Shown here: positions 48,501 to 60,057 of the stretch, piece by piece
Numbering within the stretch: position 1 is the first letter of the stretch
How the letters are laid out: each line of letters opens with the position of its first letter
Source of the DNA: Macrostomum lignano
Taxonomy: Eukaryota
NCBI GenBank assembly: GCA_002269645.1
Contig: NIVC01001481.1
Coordinates: 186,001 to 250,000 of the forward strand
Reading direction: 5' to 3'
DNA length: 64,000 nt
Program-made: the position numbers and the translations under genes
Notes under the pieces: model-generated
Told to the model about the DNA's origin: nothing
The model's database searches: none
Seen by the model: only the letters and a program-made list of their open reading frames with translations

Positions 48501-50374
48501 AGGGAGAGGAGGGTATGGAGAGGGTGTACAGGGAGAGGAGGGTATGGAGAGGGTGTACAGGGAGAAGAGGGTATGGAGAGGGTGTGCAGGGAGGAGGGTG
48601 TGCAGGGAGGAGGGTGTGCAGGGAGGAGGGTATGAAGAGGGTATTCAGGGAGAGAAGGGTATGCAGGGAGAGGAGGGTATAGAGAGGGTATGCAGGGAGA
48701 GGAGGGTATAGAGAGGGTATGCAGGGAGAGGAGGGTATAGAGAGGGTATGCAGGGAGAGGAGGGTATAGAGAGGGTATGCAGGGAGAGGAGGGTATAGAG
48801 AGGGTATGCAGGGAGAGGAGGGTATAGAGAGGGTATGCAGGGAGAGGAGGGTATAGAGAGGGTATGCAGGGAGAGGAGGGTATAGAGAGGGTATGCAGGG
48901 AGAGGAGGGTATGTTTAACAGAGTCAACTATTGCAATATTTGGCGGACGATAACAAAAACACGAGGGCTCAAAAGCAAGAATCAGTCGATATATATATTT
49001 TAATATTAGGCATGCACAAAGTACGTGCGTACATTACAATCGATAAATTAAAAGGCAACTTGAGCGTGCCCCCAACCCCCCCAGCGCAGGCCAACCCCAA
49101 AACCGCAAATGCAAACTCTCAATATCAAGTCATCACAGTATGGAAAGGGTATGCAGAGAGTTGAGGGTATGCAGGGAGAGGAGGGTATGGAAAGGGTATG
49201 CAGAGAGTTGAGGGTATGCAGGGAGGGGAGAGTATGGAGAGGGTATGCAGGGAGGGGAGAGTATGGAGAGGGTACGCAGAGGTAGGTGAGGAAGATGTGT
49301 GAAAATGAAACTCAAGCGGAAACCTGTGCGGGTCCGGGTAGCGATCGAATTGGGCAGCCTCCAGCAGCTTCATCACTCGATGAATCATCGGAGTGCGATC
49401 GCCGAGCCTGTCGCTGAAGGACTCCTTGGCGATGTCCCGATTGAATGAGACGACGCGAAATAACGAGGTGAACTCGTCGCAGCCGAAGTCAGACTTAAGG
49501 CCCTCGGCGCCATTGAGACTCTCCAAATAGGGCTTGATATAGTGCTGCAGTGCATGGCTCATGTACCTGCGAGGATTGCGTCATTGCGTCGTGGTGATTG
49601 AAATCAATAATAGACTCCCAAATCTCCCTTCATTCAGTTGCGTCTACTCTCCCAGTCTCATCTCCAACTCCCATCTGCTCTCCCAGACTCATTCTCCAAT
49701 TCCCATCTACTCTCCCAGTCTCATCCCCAACTCCATCTACTCTCCCATTCTCATCCCCAACTCCATCTACTCTCCCAGTCTCATCCACAACTCCATCTAC
49801 TCTCCCAGTCTCATCTCCAACTCCATCTACTCTCTGTCTCATCCTCAACTCCATCTACTCTCCCAGTCTCATCCCCAACTCCATCTACTCTCCCAGTCTC
49901 ATCCACAACTCCATCTACTCTCCCAGTCTCATCTCCAACTCCATCTACTCTCTGTCTCATCCTCAACTCCATCTACTCTCCCAGTCTCATCCCCAACTCC
50001 ATCTACTCTCCCAGTCTCATCCCCAACTCCATCTACTCTCCTAGTCTCATCCCCAACTCCATCTACTCTCCCAGTCTCATCCCAACTCCATCTACTCTCC
50101 CAGATTCATCTCCAACTCACATCTACTCTCCCAGGCTCATCTTCAACTCCTATCTACTTTTCCAGACTCATCTCTAACTCCCATTTACTCTCACAGACTC
50201 ATCTTTCTGCATTTATCATCAGTGTCACCTCGAGTTAATTAGTTTAACTCACTTAGTAGTGCCACTAAATACTCGAACATTCTCAATCAATAGCACAGAG
50301 TCCACTGGGTGTAGCTTAGCAGCAAATTCCTTCACCTTTTCTTCATATTTGGCAATGTTTTCAATGTGCATCAT
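38872..50374 (-). CDS. MED25: Mediator subunit MED25-like (VWA domain, polyQ, ACID/PTOV domain, Q-rich tail), ~729 aa; exons 50374-50253, 49566-49324, 48152-47820, 47179-46549, 45681-45340, 42294-42127, 40143-40030, 39108-38872
   Basis: VWA-like PVDSVLLIEN..HYIKPYLESLNG..SDFG..FRVVSFN and RHALLVVHS..LAVLSPRR match recalled MED25 segments (DVVFVIEG..HYLLPAIEYFNG..TDFG..YSLVVFN). ACID-like MWQGRFEF..CLVARYEPQLNRVVATIPPDQIKF is also present. Phases 2,2,2,0,0,0,0 are consistent, 2190 nt total. The start codon is tentative. Confidence 0.82.
39185..39990. repeat. 33-bp minisatellite AATATCGATTAGAATTAACTGTGTGTTTGTACC, MED25 intron 7
   Basis: Direct periodicity. Confidence 0.96.
40245..40965. repeat. 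30-bp minisatellite CAGCATACTGAATCATCATGGAGGGGATAG, MED25 intron 6
   Basis: Direct periodicity. Confidence 0.96.
41606..41960. repeat. (GACA)n microsatellite, ~355 bp, MED25 intron 6
   Basis: Direct periodicity. Confidence 0.97.
43090..44700. repeat. 26-32-bp minisatellite GAGTGACAATTCGAATCCCAATCCCA, MED25 intron 5
   Basis: Direct periodicity. Confidence 0.96.
45715..46497. repeat. ~34-bp minisatellite CCTGTTGAATACCTGTCACTGAAATCTATTTTTA, MED25 intron 4
   Basis: Direct periodicity. Confidence 0.95.
47270..47775. repeat. ~21-bp degenerate minisatellite AAGGACAGTATGACCACATTG, MED25 intron 3
   Basis: Degenerate direct periodicity. Confidence 0.88.
48262..49285. repeat. 29-bp purine-rich minisatellite AGGGTATGCAGGGAGAGGAGGGTATAGAG in two blocks (48262-48912, 49135-49285), MED25 intron 2
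   Basis: Direct periodicity, interrupted by ~220 bp of unique DNA. Confidence 0.94.
49640..50205. repeat. 30-bp minisatellite CATCTACTCTCCCAGTCTCATCCCCAACTC, MED25 intron 1
   Basis: Direct periodicity. Confidence 0.95.
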
Positions 50375-53350
50375 AGGTGGAAACAGAAAATTTTGCCAAT
50401 GAATTTTGACAAACTATTTCAATTTCATAGGTATGATACATTATATTATCAATCATAATCATTATTCAAAAGATTAGACTATTGTAGCAAATATTGGTAT
50501 GTATAAGTAAATATAACTATTCAACTATAGAGAAAACTATAAAAACTGGGCCAATGTACTTTTACATACTTTCAGACTCCTAAATCTAATAAGACAATAT
50601 AAGCTTTTATAACTGGTATAAAAGTAGGGTGGTCAAATTAGACTAAGTGATCCTTACAACAATATGTGATTCTCCAATATGACTATCAATAAATGGTCAT
50701 TTATGAAAGTATCAATGTGTCACACTAATATGACTATCAAGCAACCATAGCAACTAGTTAATCTTGATTTATTCTAGCTTATTGACAATTAAATGAAAAA
50801 AACTATTTTAGTTCATTGACTATATTTAATGCAGCAACAACTATACTTGAAAGTTAGCAAATACAAAGAACCAATAGAAAAAAAGTTCTATAGTAAGTCA
50901 CTAAGCAACCCTATTGGAATAAATTCTCATGGTCCACAGACGCGCGACAAACATCATTTGAGTGCCAGCAAACAGGTAAATAGCGGGAGTAATTATGAAC
51001 ACATTGCCTCGTCAGCTAATAAGTAGTTTAGTTCTGCACAGCTTGTCTATTATATTAAAATAAACAATGGGATAAAATATGACCAACTTGCCTAAGCTGT
51101 GCACTTCATTATCCTGTAAGATAATAAGCAGTTTACTATTTTTCACATGGCAGAAATTTGCAGAAAATGCAGAACTTTGTATTCCCTCTCACCTTGGCCT
51201 GCAGACTGGCAGTTATTAAAATGTTTCTTGAACTAAAACTGCTGTGAAAAATTGGCAGCTTCTCAATATTGAACAGAGTGCAGATACAGATACAGATACA
51301 GAGTACAGATAGAATTGTGGGATTAGGCCTGAATCCCAAAATTTTGAATCTTGGGATTTTGATTAGGCCTAAATCTTAAAATCACAATTGTCTAGGATTT
51401 GAAAATGGGGGGGCCAAGGGGGCGATGGCCCCCCCCCTTAGCTGCCTCAAAAAAAATTCTGCTCTTGGCATTTGGCCCCCTTCTAAGTAAAGAAAGGGCT
51501 TGGACCTTGGGGTGGGTTCCTACTCGGGGCAGTATGAAAAAAGTTGCCCCCCCCTCAAGAAATTCCTGGATCCGCGCCTGCCTAGGATTGGCAAAACTTG
51601 GGATTTTGTATTCTCTACTCTAAACATATCATAGGGCCTATTTTATGCAAATAACAAAAATATTAACCATATTATAAAATTCAATTTAGATATTTTATCT
51701 CTAACAGAGACCTAGGCCTATCTATAAGTTTCAATAACTTCATTTTCCTTTGACACTTTGAAGGATACTAATAGGCTATCTGCATAAGGTAAGCCTATGG
51801 CTATGAAATCAGTGTATTTTCATATTATCTGTAGTAATATGCAACTTTATTCTGCCACTTTATTTGCAACTTTAATTAGTCTTTGAAACACAATGTGATT
51901 ACTGATTACTAATTTAATAGGCCTAGCTGTTCTGCCCATTGCATTTCAATGATAACAATCAATGCGAAGACAAAGAGTTGGCAGACCAATTGTTGTTATT
52001 GGATAGGCCTATAGCAGGGCAGGACATTATTGGCATGGAGATGGAGATGGAGCCATGCAGATAATTTTTTGGCATACTTAAGCCTTAAAGTTAGCAGATC
52101 AATTTTAGGTCTAAGCTATACTGTCAGATGAGTGTACATAGGGCATTATTAGCACATCGCCATTCGCCATGTGGATAGTTTTTTCGTTATCGGCATAGGA
52201 CTGTAGGAATAAGCACTGCTAATGCTATATATCAAATCATCAGGCTTTGCTTTCGCCTATCGCCTTTAGTTTTCAATAGTTTTCGGATATAGTTTACGGT
52301 TCACTAGAACATTTTGTATAAAATCTATTTGAAATTATTTTTCTTAGAAAGCTCGACAAGGTGCCGATGGGTGAAAGAACGATCGTGATAATTGTAAATA
52401 TGATATTACCTTCACGTCAAAAATTATATTCTCAGCATCTATGCTTTGTTTTAATTAAACAGCGGCTAAGGTTTTAGTATAATCCTGGAGCAATTTTGGT
52501 ACAGATTATATAAATATGAATGTTCTTTCAAACTTGAATCCAACCTCAACGCGGCTCAACTTAACTCAAGCCTATCCTCTGATCTTTCCTGCATACTCTG
52601 AATAATGGCCTTTGTTTGTTTGTTAAACGAAAGGGTCCTAAGGGGGACCCGCGGATCGCGGAAGGGCTCTGCCGCGAGGGGCACTGCCAGGGGCACAACA
52701 TTAGCTGTTTTTAGAGCCCGAGATACCCCGAGAGAGATGGAAATTGGGCCCGGCATAAAGCGCGGGAGGGCGAAGTCGACCCAAGCCTACGGTACAAGAC
52801 ACCGCCAAACCAACAGTGGAATCAGGGACGGTGCTAGGACCGAATCCACCCAGGCTACCCCCAAGGACTTCTAGACTAACAGGACGTAAAACTCAAAGAT
52901 CGTGCAATTTTTTGGAGGCCACGATTTCCTGGAAAAAATACACTGCGAAGATAGGAAAAAATCTGTTTTTCGTCACAAAATCTGTGATTGTATTTGATCT
53001 GGGGCAGTGAAGACTACCATTCTTTTAATTTACCATGCACAACATGTTACTCTATTATATTTTCATATAGCTATGTAATGAAGTTTTAATTTTCATATTG
53101 TTTTCACTTTATTTCATAAGCCCAAAGTTGCAAACTCACAAGTGGCATTAGCCAAATATCAAATTCAAGAAAAGAAAAGCTATTCAAATTTGTAATATAA
53201 TAATATTTTTAGCCTTTAAAATAAAAATTATAAAAGGACTAATCAATGTTTTTTCTTATAGATACCTAGTAAAAATGGTTAGGGCCTATTTTTGTGATTA
53301 AGTCTATTCTTCTTAAATCTTAGTCTTAAATATAGGCTTAGCTTAAAAAC

Positions 53351-54215
53351 CAGTGTTGGGCAAGTTACTCAAAAAAAGTAACTTGCGTTACTGTAACTTA
53401 AGTTACCAATTTTTAAAAAGTAACTTACGTTAGCCTAGTAACTTTAGACAAAAACCCGGTAACTTTTAAGTTACTGTCCGTTACTCACTTCCGTTACCCA
53501 TGTTATTAACAAAATTTTCTGCTTTTTTCACATTGCATTTTTTTACATTGTTGTTACCGAAATTTGCCATTGGGCATTGGGATTAACCGATTAACAGACA
53601 GAGACAGCAATTGGCGACACGATGTGAGGCAAGTAGAAGGACCGATGGGCAATGGCAATCAATAATTAAAATTATAAATGATAAAATAAACGAATATCAA
53701 TAATTCAATAGAGTAAAATAAATAACTGTATAAAATGGTGTAGTGTACTGCAGTGCCAGTGGAGGGACTTGTGGAGGCTACAGACGAATTTCTTTCTTTG
53801 GTTGTTTGTTTGAATCAAACTTGAAAATTTTTAGTAAATTGAAAATGAGAAATAAAAATTGAAAAATAAAATGAAAGGCGAAAATATTTTACTGAAATTA
53901 TAACTAAGCAAAACATGTTTTAAGTATTTCTTCATTAATTAAAGCGCAATACCAAATGATACTATTCACTTAATTTTGAATTAGGAATGAAAAATGCAAA
54001 AAAATGTGACAACCGGCGTAATAGCTAAGCATTTCAGTTTTAAATTTAAATATTGCGATTGTTGCAAAGTAACTGTAACGGACTTCTGAAATTTGAGTAA
54101 CTTACCGTTACTCCGTTACTAAAATAAAAAAGTAACTTGCGTAAGGAACGCTTTACGAAAAAGTAACTTGCGTTACCATTTGCAAGTTACTCGGTAACGG
54201 AAGTGCCCAACACTG
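53351..54215. mobile_element. 865-bp hAT-type MITE, copy 1
   Basis: TIR CAGTGTTGGGCA/TGCCCAACACTG, GTAAC/GTTAC subterminal repeats and a perfect 8-bp TSD TTAAAAAC. Confidence 0.9.
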
Positions 54216-54343
54216 TTAAAAACTGATAATACAGCTTTCTCAAGCCTAGGTAACCAACCATATGAAACTATGTATTGGTAATCTATATATAATAAAAAAA
54301 TCATTGTCTAAATTTAATTACTTATTAGGCTAGATAGTGTAGA

Positions 54344-55208
54344 CAGTGTTGGGCAAGTTACTCAAAAAAAGTAACTTGCGTTACTGTAACTTAAGTTACC
54401 AATTTTTAAAAAGTAACTTACGTTAGCCTAGTAACTTTAGACAAAAACCCGGTAACTTTTAAGTTACTGTCCGTTACTCACTTCCGTTACCCATGTTATT
54501 AACAAAATTTTCTGCTTTTTTCACATTGCATTTTTTTACATTGTTGTTACCGAAATTTGCCATTGGGCATTGGGATTAACCGATTAACAGACAGAGACAG
54601 CAATTGGCGACACGATGTGAGGCAAGTAGAAGGACCGATGGGCAATGGCAATCAATAATTAAAATTATAAATGATAAAATAAACGAATATCAATAATTCA
54701 ATAGAGTAAAATAAATAACTGTATAAAATGGTGTAGTGTACTGCAGTGCCAGTGGAGGGACTTGTGGAGGCTACAGACGAATTTCTTTCTTTGGTTGTTT
54801 GTTTGAATCAAACTTGAAAATTTTTAGTAAATTGAAAATGAGAAATAAAAATTGAAAAATAAAATGAAAGGCGAAAATATTTTACTGAAATTATAACTAA
54901 GCAAAACATGTTTTAAGTATTTCTTCATTAATTAAAGCGCAATACCAAATGATACTATTCACTTAATTTTGAATTAGGAATGAAAAATGCAAAAAAATGT
55001 GACAACCGGCGTAATAGCTAAGCATTTCAGTTTTAAATTTAAATATTGCGATTGTTGCAAAGTAACTGTAACGGACTTCTGAAATTTGAGTAACTTACCG
55101 TTACTCCGTTACTAAAATAAAAAAGTAACTTGCGTAAGGAACGCTTTACGAAAAAGTAACTTGCGTTACCATTTGCAAGTTACTCGGTAACGGAAGTGCC
55201 CAACACTG
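54344..55208. mobile_element. 865-bp hAT-type MITE, copy 2
   Basis: Same length and apparently identical sequence to copy 1, but a different TSD, AGTGTAGA/AGTGTAGT (7/8). Confidence 0.9.
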
Positions 55209-57295
55209 AGTGTAGTGATAGGTCTAGTTCTAGTAGGCCTAGGAATTAGTATAGTTACTAAACCTACAATAATAGCTTAAGACTAAGAGTACCTACATGC
55301 AATGTTTTTATACTTTATTTTAAAAAGAACAACACAAAAAGTTTGGCTAATGCCACTTGTGAGTTTGCAACTTTGGGCTTATGAAATAAAGTGAAAACAA
55401 TATGAAAATGAAAACTTCACTACACAGCTATATGAAAATATAATAGAGTAACATGTTGTGCATGGTAAATTAAAAGAATGGTAGTCTTCACTGCCCCAGA
55501 TCAAATACAATCACAGATTTTGTGACGAAAAACAGATTTTTTCCTATCTTCGCAGTGTATTTTTTCCAGGAAATCGTGGCCTCCAAAAAATTGCACGATC
55601 TTTGAGTTTTACGTCCTGTTAGTCTAGAAGTCCTTGGCTACCCCCCCCCCCGCAAACAAGTCCTCGGGAGTGCGCGAAAAACAGAATTGGATATATACTA
55701 CTTAAAGCCGTCCAAGAGCGGGGAAACCCAGAAGTCTTGGAAAGGGCTAACTATTGGAGCGAGTCTGGAAGGCTTGTATCCGAGGGGGAGACTCTAGGCG
55801 GATATAGCAACACCTCTATTGCTACCAACCCAAGGGCATCGCCTATCCAGCTCATTATTGGGGGCCAGGCCAAGGGGTCGGGAAGAGGCACCAGGGGCAA
55901 GAGGACACCGGACTCAGCCGGTTGTCCCCGGTACGGGACGAACATCCTTCCCAGGACACCAATCCACTGTCAGGATGAGAGCTCTCATCCTGAATAATGG
56001 CCTTTACAACAAAAAAATTTGGCACGCAGTTCAAGGCAAGGATCCCACTGGAGTGTAACTGAATCTGAAAAATCAACTTAAGGGGATAAATTTCAAATTT
56101 TGTGACCATACTCTTAAGCCGCCTAGACTTCTTCATGTTTTACTGGTAGATCGAGCGATGCCCCACACAATAATTCATAGATACCACCAATAATTAATGA
56201 TCAGACTACACGCGTACCTGTGCATACATCTGCAAAACAGCCGAGCAAAACAGCTAGGTTACGGCACTCTTGGCATATGGGCCTGCGCAGATCCTGGTGG
56301 CTATTTTGAAGTCATCGTAAAAACTAAATACACAGTTTTCACCAGCAATTGCTCGCTCTCTCTCTCGCACAAAAGCAGACTGCACGTCACCTAAGCTGAT
56401 TCAGGAAGTGATCAGGTGCCTGCTGCTAGCTTTGCGGCAGTTGCACGCTCGGCGCTAATTCGTCGACTGCATACCTGCTCTGGCCACGACGCCGGTGCCC
56501 AAGCTCTGGAGGCTCATCGAGATCACGGGAAGCTGTTTTTGATCAAATTTCTTGTAAAGCCTAGCTGTTGCATTAGCTCGTAGCAGTGTGCTTTTTCTTG
56601 TTGCTGTTTCTGCAGATCTAAAGGAGAAATAAGCAGAAAGTTTTCTAGAGTCACGCCAATTTCATTAGCAAATAATGATTACTTTTTTAAACCCATCAAG
56701 AAACAATTTATATACGTGTTACATGTATGCTACTTTTAGTAGCCTAATTCGTTTACGAATGTATAATATTATTATGTACATGCAAAACAACTTTGTATTA
56801 CAATTAAGAGTAAGTTAAACGCGCATGATGCTATTTAAATGTCCTCTTCAATACTTCCTGAGTGTGAATAAAGCCTTGCAAATTATTTCGTCAACAGTGG
56901 CGCTCACATACCAGGAAGGGCTGTCTCTATAGGTGCTGGTGCCCAGTGGCGAATCTAGTATAGAATTTCATTTTTTGGGGTTGGGCAGTCCAAGTTTGGG
57001 GCGCCGACATGAGTATGAGGGGCGCCAATTTTTAAGCTATGGGGGGGGGCAAATATGCGTGTAGGGGGCGAAACATCAAGTTTAGGGGCCGAAAAAATGC
57101 GTGTATAGTAGTAGTAGTAAGTATAGTAGTAGGCAAAAAGCCTGTTTAATTTAATTGGCCAATGTTAGTCGATGCATTTAATACTTGTTTAAAAGGTTGG
57201 ATACTTTTAAATGATGAATGAATACGAGTTAAGATATTTGTATTAAATATGGTATTTGAAAGAGCGTCTGGAATTTTTTACGGTACTTTCGAATG

Positions 57296-57479
57296 CAGGC
57301 GCGTCGCCACCGGGGGGACAGGGGGGACATGTCCCCCCCCCCCAGTAAAAGCTCTGAGTCGTTGTGACGCTAAAAGAAATGCCTGCGGCGCCAAAATGTG
57401 TCAAAATTTAGTCATGTACATGTACATTTTGAATTCTTGGCTTTGTCCCCCCACCATAAAATCCATGGCGACGCCCCTG
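57296..57479. mobile_element. 184-bp hAT-like MITE
   Basis: Imperfect TIR CAGGCGCGTCGCCA / TGGCGACGCCCCTG and TSD TTCGAATG/TTCGAACG (7/8). Confidence 0.62.
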
Positions 57480-58839
57480 TTCGAACGTACTATAACGACT
57501 AAAAACAGAACGACAAGAAATTAAGTAGGGGATTACAAAAAACAGGTACTGCATGATTTTGATGCAAAACGGTTCATCCAGAATGCGATTTATAGAGGGG
57601 GGGGGGCGGAAAATCAAGTTTAAGGGGCGCAAACTTAGGTTTTTGGGGGCGCAATATGTTCTATCAAGATATTTTGGGGGCAATCGCTCTCGCCCCGACC
57701 CCCCCCCTTCCCCCCTAAATCCCCTGCTGGTGCTCCTAGTGCTGGCCCACCTGGTGCTAGAGCCCTATAGTACTACTGTACTAGTATAACCTTCTAAAAT
57801 AATATTATTGCAGTCGATATATAGGATATAGAAATTAAAGATCGACTGAATAAAAGTGCATGACTGCGTTAATCCAAATTGCGCAAGTTATTGATCGGTG
57901 CAAGCCTAAAAATTTCATGGCCATCTGCAACTATCAATTGCAAAATTATCTCAGAAACCTAATAGCTTGCAGCAATTGTTCTGTAGTACATTGCTGAACA
58001 GATCGAGATGAACTTTTATAAAAAAAACTGAAACTCGACAAAAACGATAAAAATTGTGTCGGATAGGCGGCCCAACAACCCCACCGTTGCCCATGCAGGC
58101 CTCGTAGCCAAGTAGTGCCCTTGCACTTGTTGCTGCTATTTGGATAGTATATGCAGCAAATAGCCATATCGTAGCTGTAACTGCAGTTTCGTAGTCTGGG
58201 TTTGTGGGGTGGGCCCAGACTTAGGCTATAGAGCTATAGAAGGCGATGAAGTGGTCAAATGCGCAAGCACCGCTCGCAAAAATAGAATTTGCATGGCATA
58301 GATTGGCTTATGGGCTTGTGCCAGCAGCTGTAGTATAACCTAATACACAGTTTTCACCTTGCGCTCTCTCTCTCTCTCTCTCTCTCGCACAAAAGCGGAC
58401 TGAATCGCTATATACTATTCAAAATAATTTCAGCTCGGTTATCTCTGCCTACGAGCCCCTGCCCGGCGCTGGCGGCCCGGGATTGGCTGAAAATTCAAGT
58501 CGCATCCGGGGCCGCTCGGATAGAAGAGAAGATCGAGTCTGCTATTCTTCGAATGCGGTTTTTCTGAGGGTTAAAACAGATTTTAATTGCCAGCCCTAAA
58601 CCACCCCACCCCACCAAACTTCGCGGGCGAATTTACCTTTTTACAATTTATGGTTGTCATGCGGGGTAAGAGAACTATGCAAGATCACGCGCGCAAAGCA
58701 GAACACTGCCACGTCTCGAGCAGTTTCTTATTAGAAGCAACATTTTTGTCGATTGACTTGGCGCCTTTTTGATAAGAGAATAGCACCCTAATTTTGGCCT
58801 TTGGGACACACTAATTTGTAACATTCAAACTGGTATGGG

Positions 58840-60057
58840 ATTTAAAATGACACTCCACCAATTAAAAGTGATGCTCTACTAATTCAAAATGGCATGACTC
58901 TACCAATTTAAAATGATGCTCTACCAATTCAAAATGACACTCTACCAATTCAAAATGACACTCTACCAATTCAAAATGACACTCTACCAATTCAAAATGA
59001 CACTCTACCAATTCAAAATGACACTCTACCAATTCAAAATGACACTTTACCAATTCAAAATGACACTCTACCAATTCAAAATGGTACTCTACCAATTCAA
59101 AATGGCACTCTACCAATTCAAACTGGCATGACTCTATCAATTCAAAATGACACTCTACCAATTCAAAATGGCACTACCAATTCAAAATGGCATGACTCTA
59201 CCAATTCAAAATAGCACTCTACCAATTCAAAATGGCACTCTACCAATTCAAAATGACACTCTACCAATTCAAAATGACACTCTACCAATTCAAAATGACA
59301 CTCTACCAATTCAAAATGACACTCTACCAATTCAAAATGACACTCTACCAATTCAAAATGACACTCTACCAATTCAAAATGACACTCTACCAATTCAAAA
59401 TGACACTCTAGCAATTCAAAATGACACTCTACCAATTCAAAATGACACTCTACCAATTCAAAATGGTACTCTACCAATTCAAAATGGCACTCTACCAATT
59501 CAAACTGGCATGACTCTATCAATTCAAAATGACACTCTACCAATTCAAAATGACACTCTACCAATTCAAAATGGCATGACTCTACCAATTCAAAATGACA
59601 CTCTACCAATTCAAAATAGCACTCTATCAATTCAAAATGACACTCTATTAATTCAAAATGGCACTCTACCAATTCAAAATAGCACTCTACCAATTCAAAA
59701 TAGCACTCTATCAATTCAAAATGACACTCTATTAATTCAAAATGGCACTCTACCAATTCAAAATAGCACTCTACCAATTCAAAATAGCACTCTACCAATT
59801 CAAAATGACACTACTAATTCAAAATGACACTCTACCAATTCAAAATGACACTACCAATTCAAAATGGCACTCTACCAATTCAAAATGACACTCTATCAAT
59901 TCAAAATGACACTCTACCAATTCAAAATGACACTTTACCAATTCAAAATGACAGTCTACCAATTCAAAATAACACTCTACCAATTCAAAATGGCACTCTA
60001 CCTATTCAAAATGGCACTCTACCAATTCAAAATGGCACTCTACCAATTCAAAATGGC
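58840..60057. repeat. 21-bp minisatellite CTCTACCAATTCAAAATGACA, ~57 copies
   Basis: Direct periodicity. Confidence 0.97.

Larger units (their letters stand above)
52862..55636. mobile_element. Long-TIR (foldback-like) non-autonomous DNA transposon containing two nested MITEs
   Basis: 295-bp near-perfect TIRs (52862-53156 vs 55342-55636, three mismatches seen) beginning CAAGGACT, with TSD GCTACCCC (52854-52861, 55637-55644). The boundary is ambiguous, so the TSD could be read as 6, 8 or 10 bp. Confidence 0.85.

Noticed and set aside
51394-51580. MITE ending in CCTGGATCCGCGCCTG
   Set aside because: Only one intact terminus and no TSD; probably a remnant, too weak to annotate.
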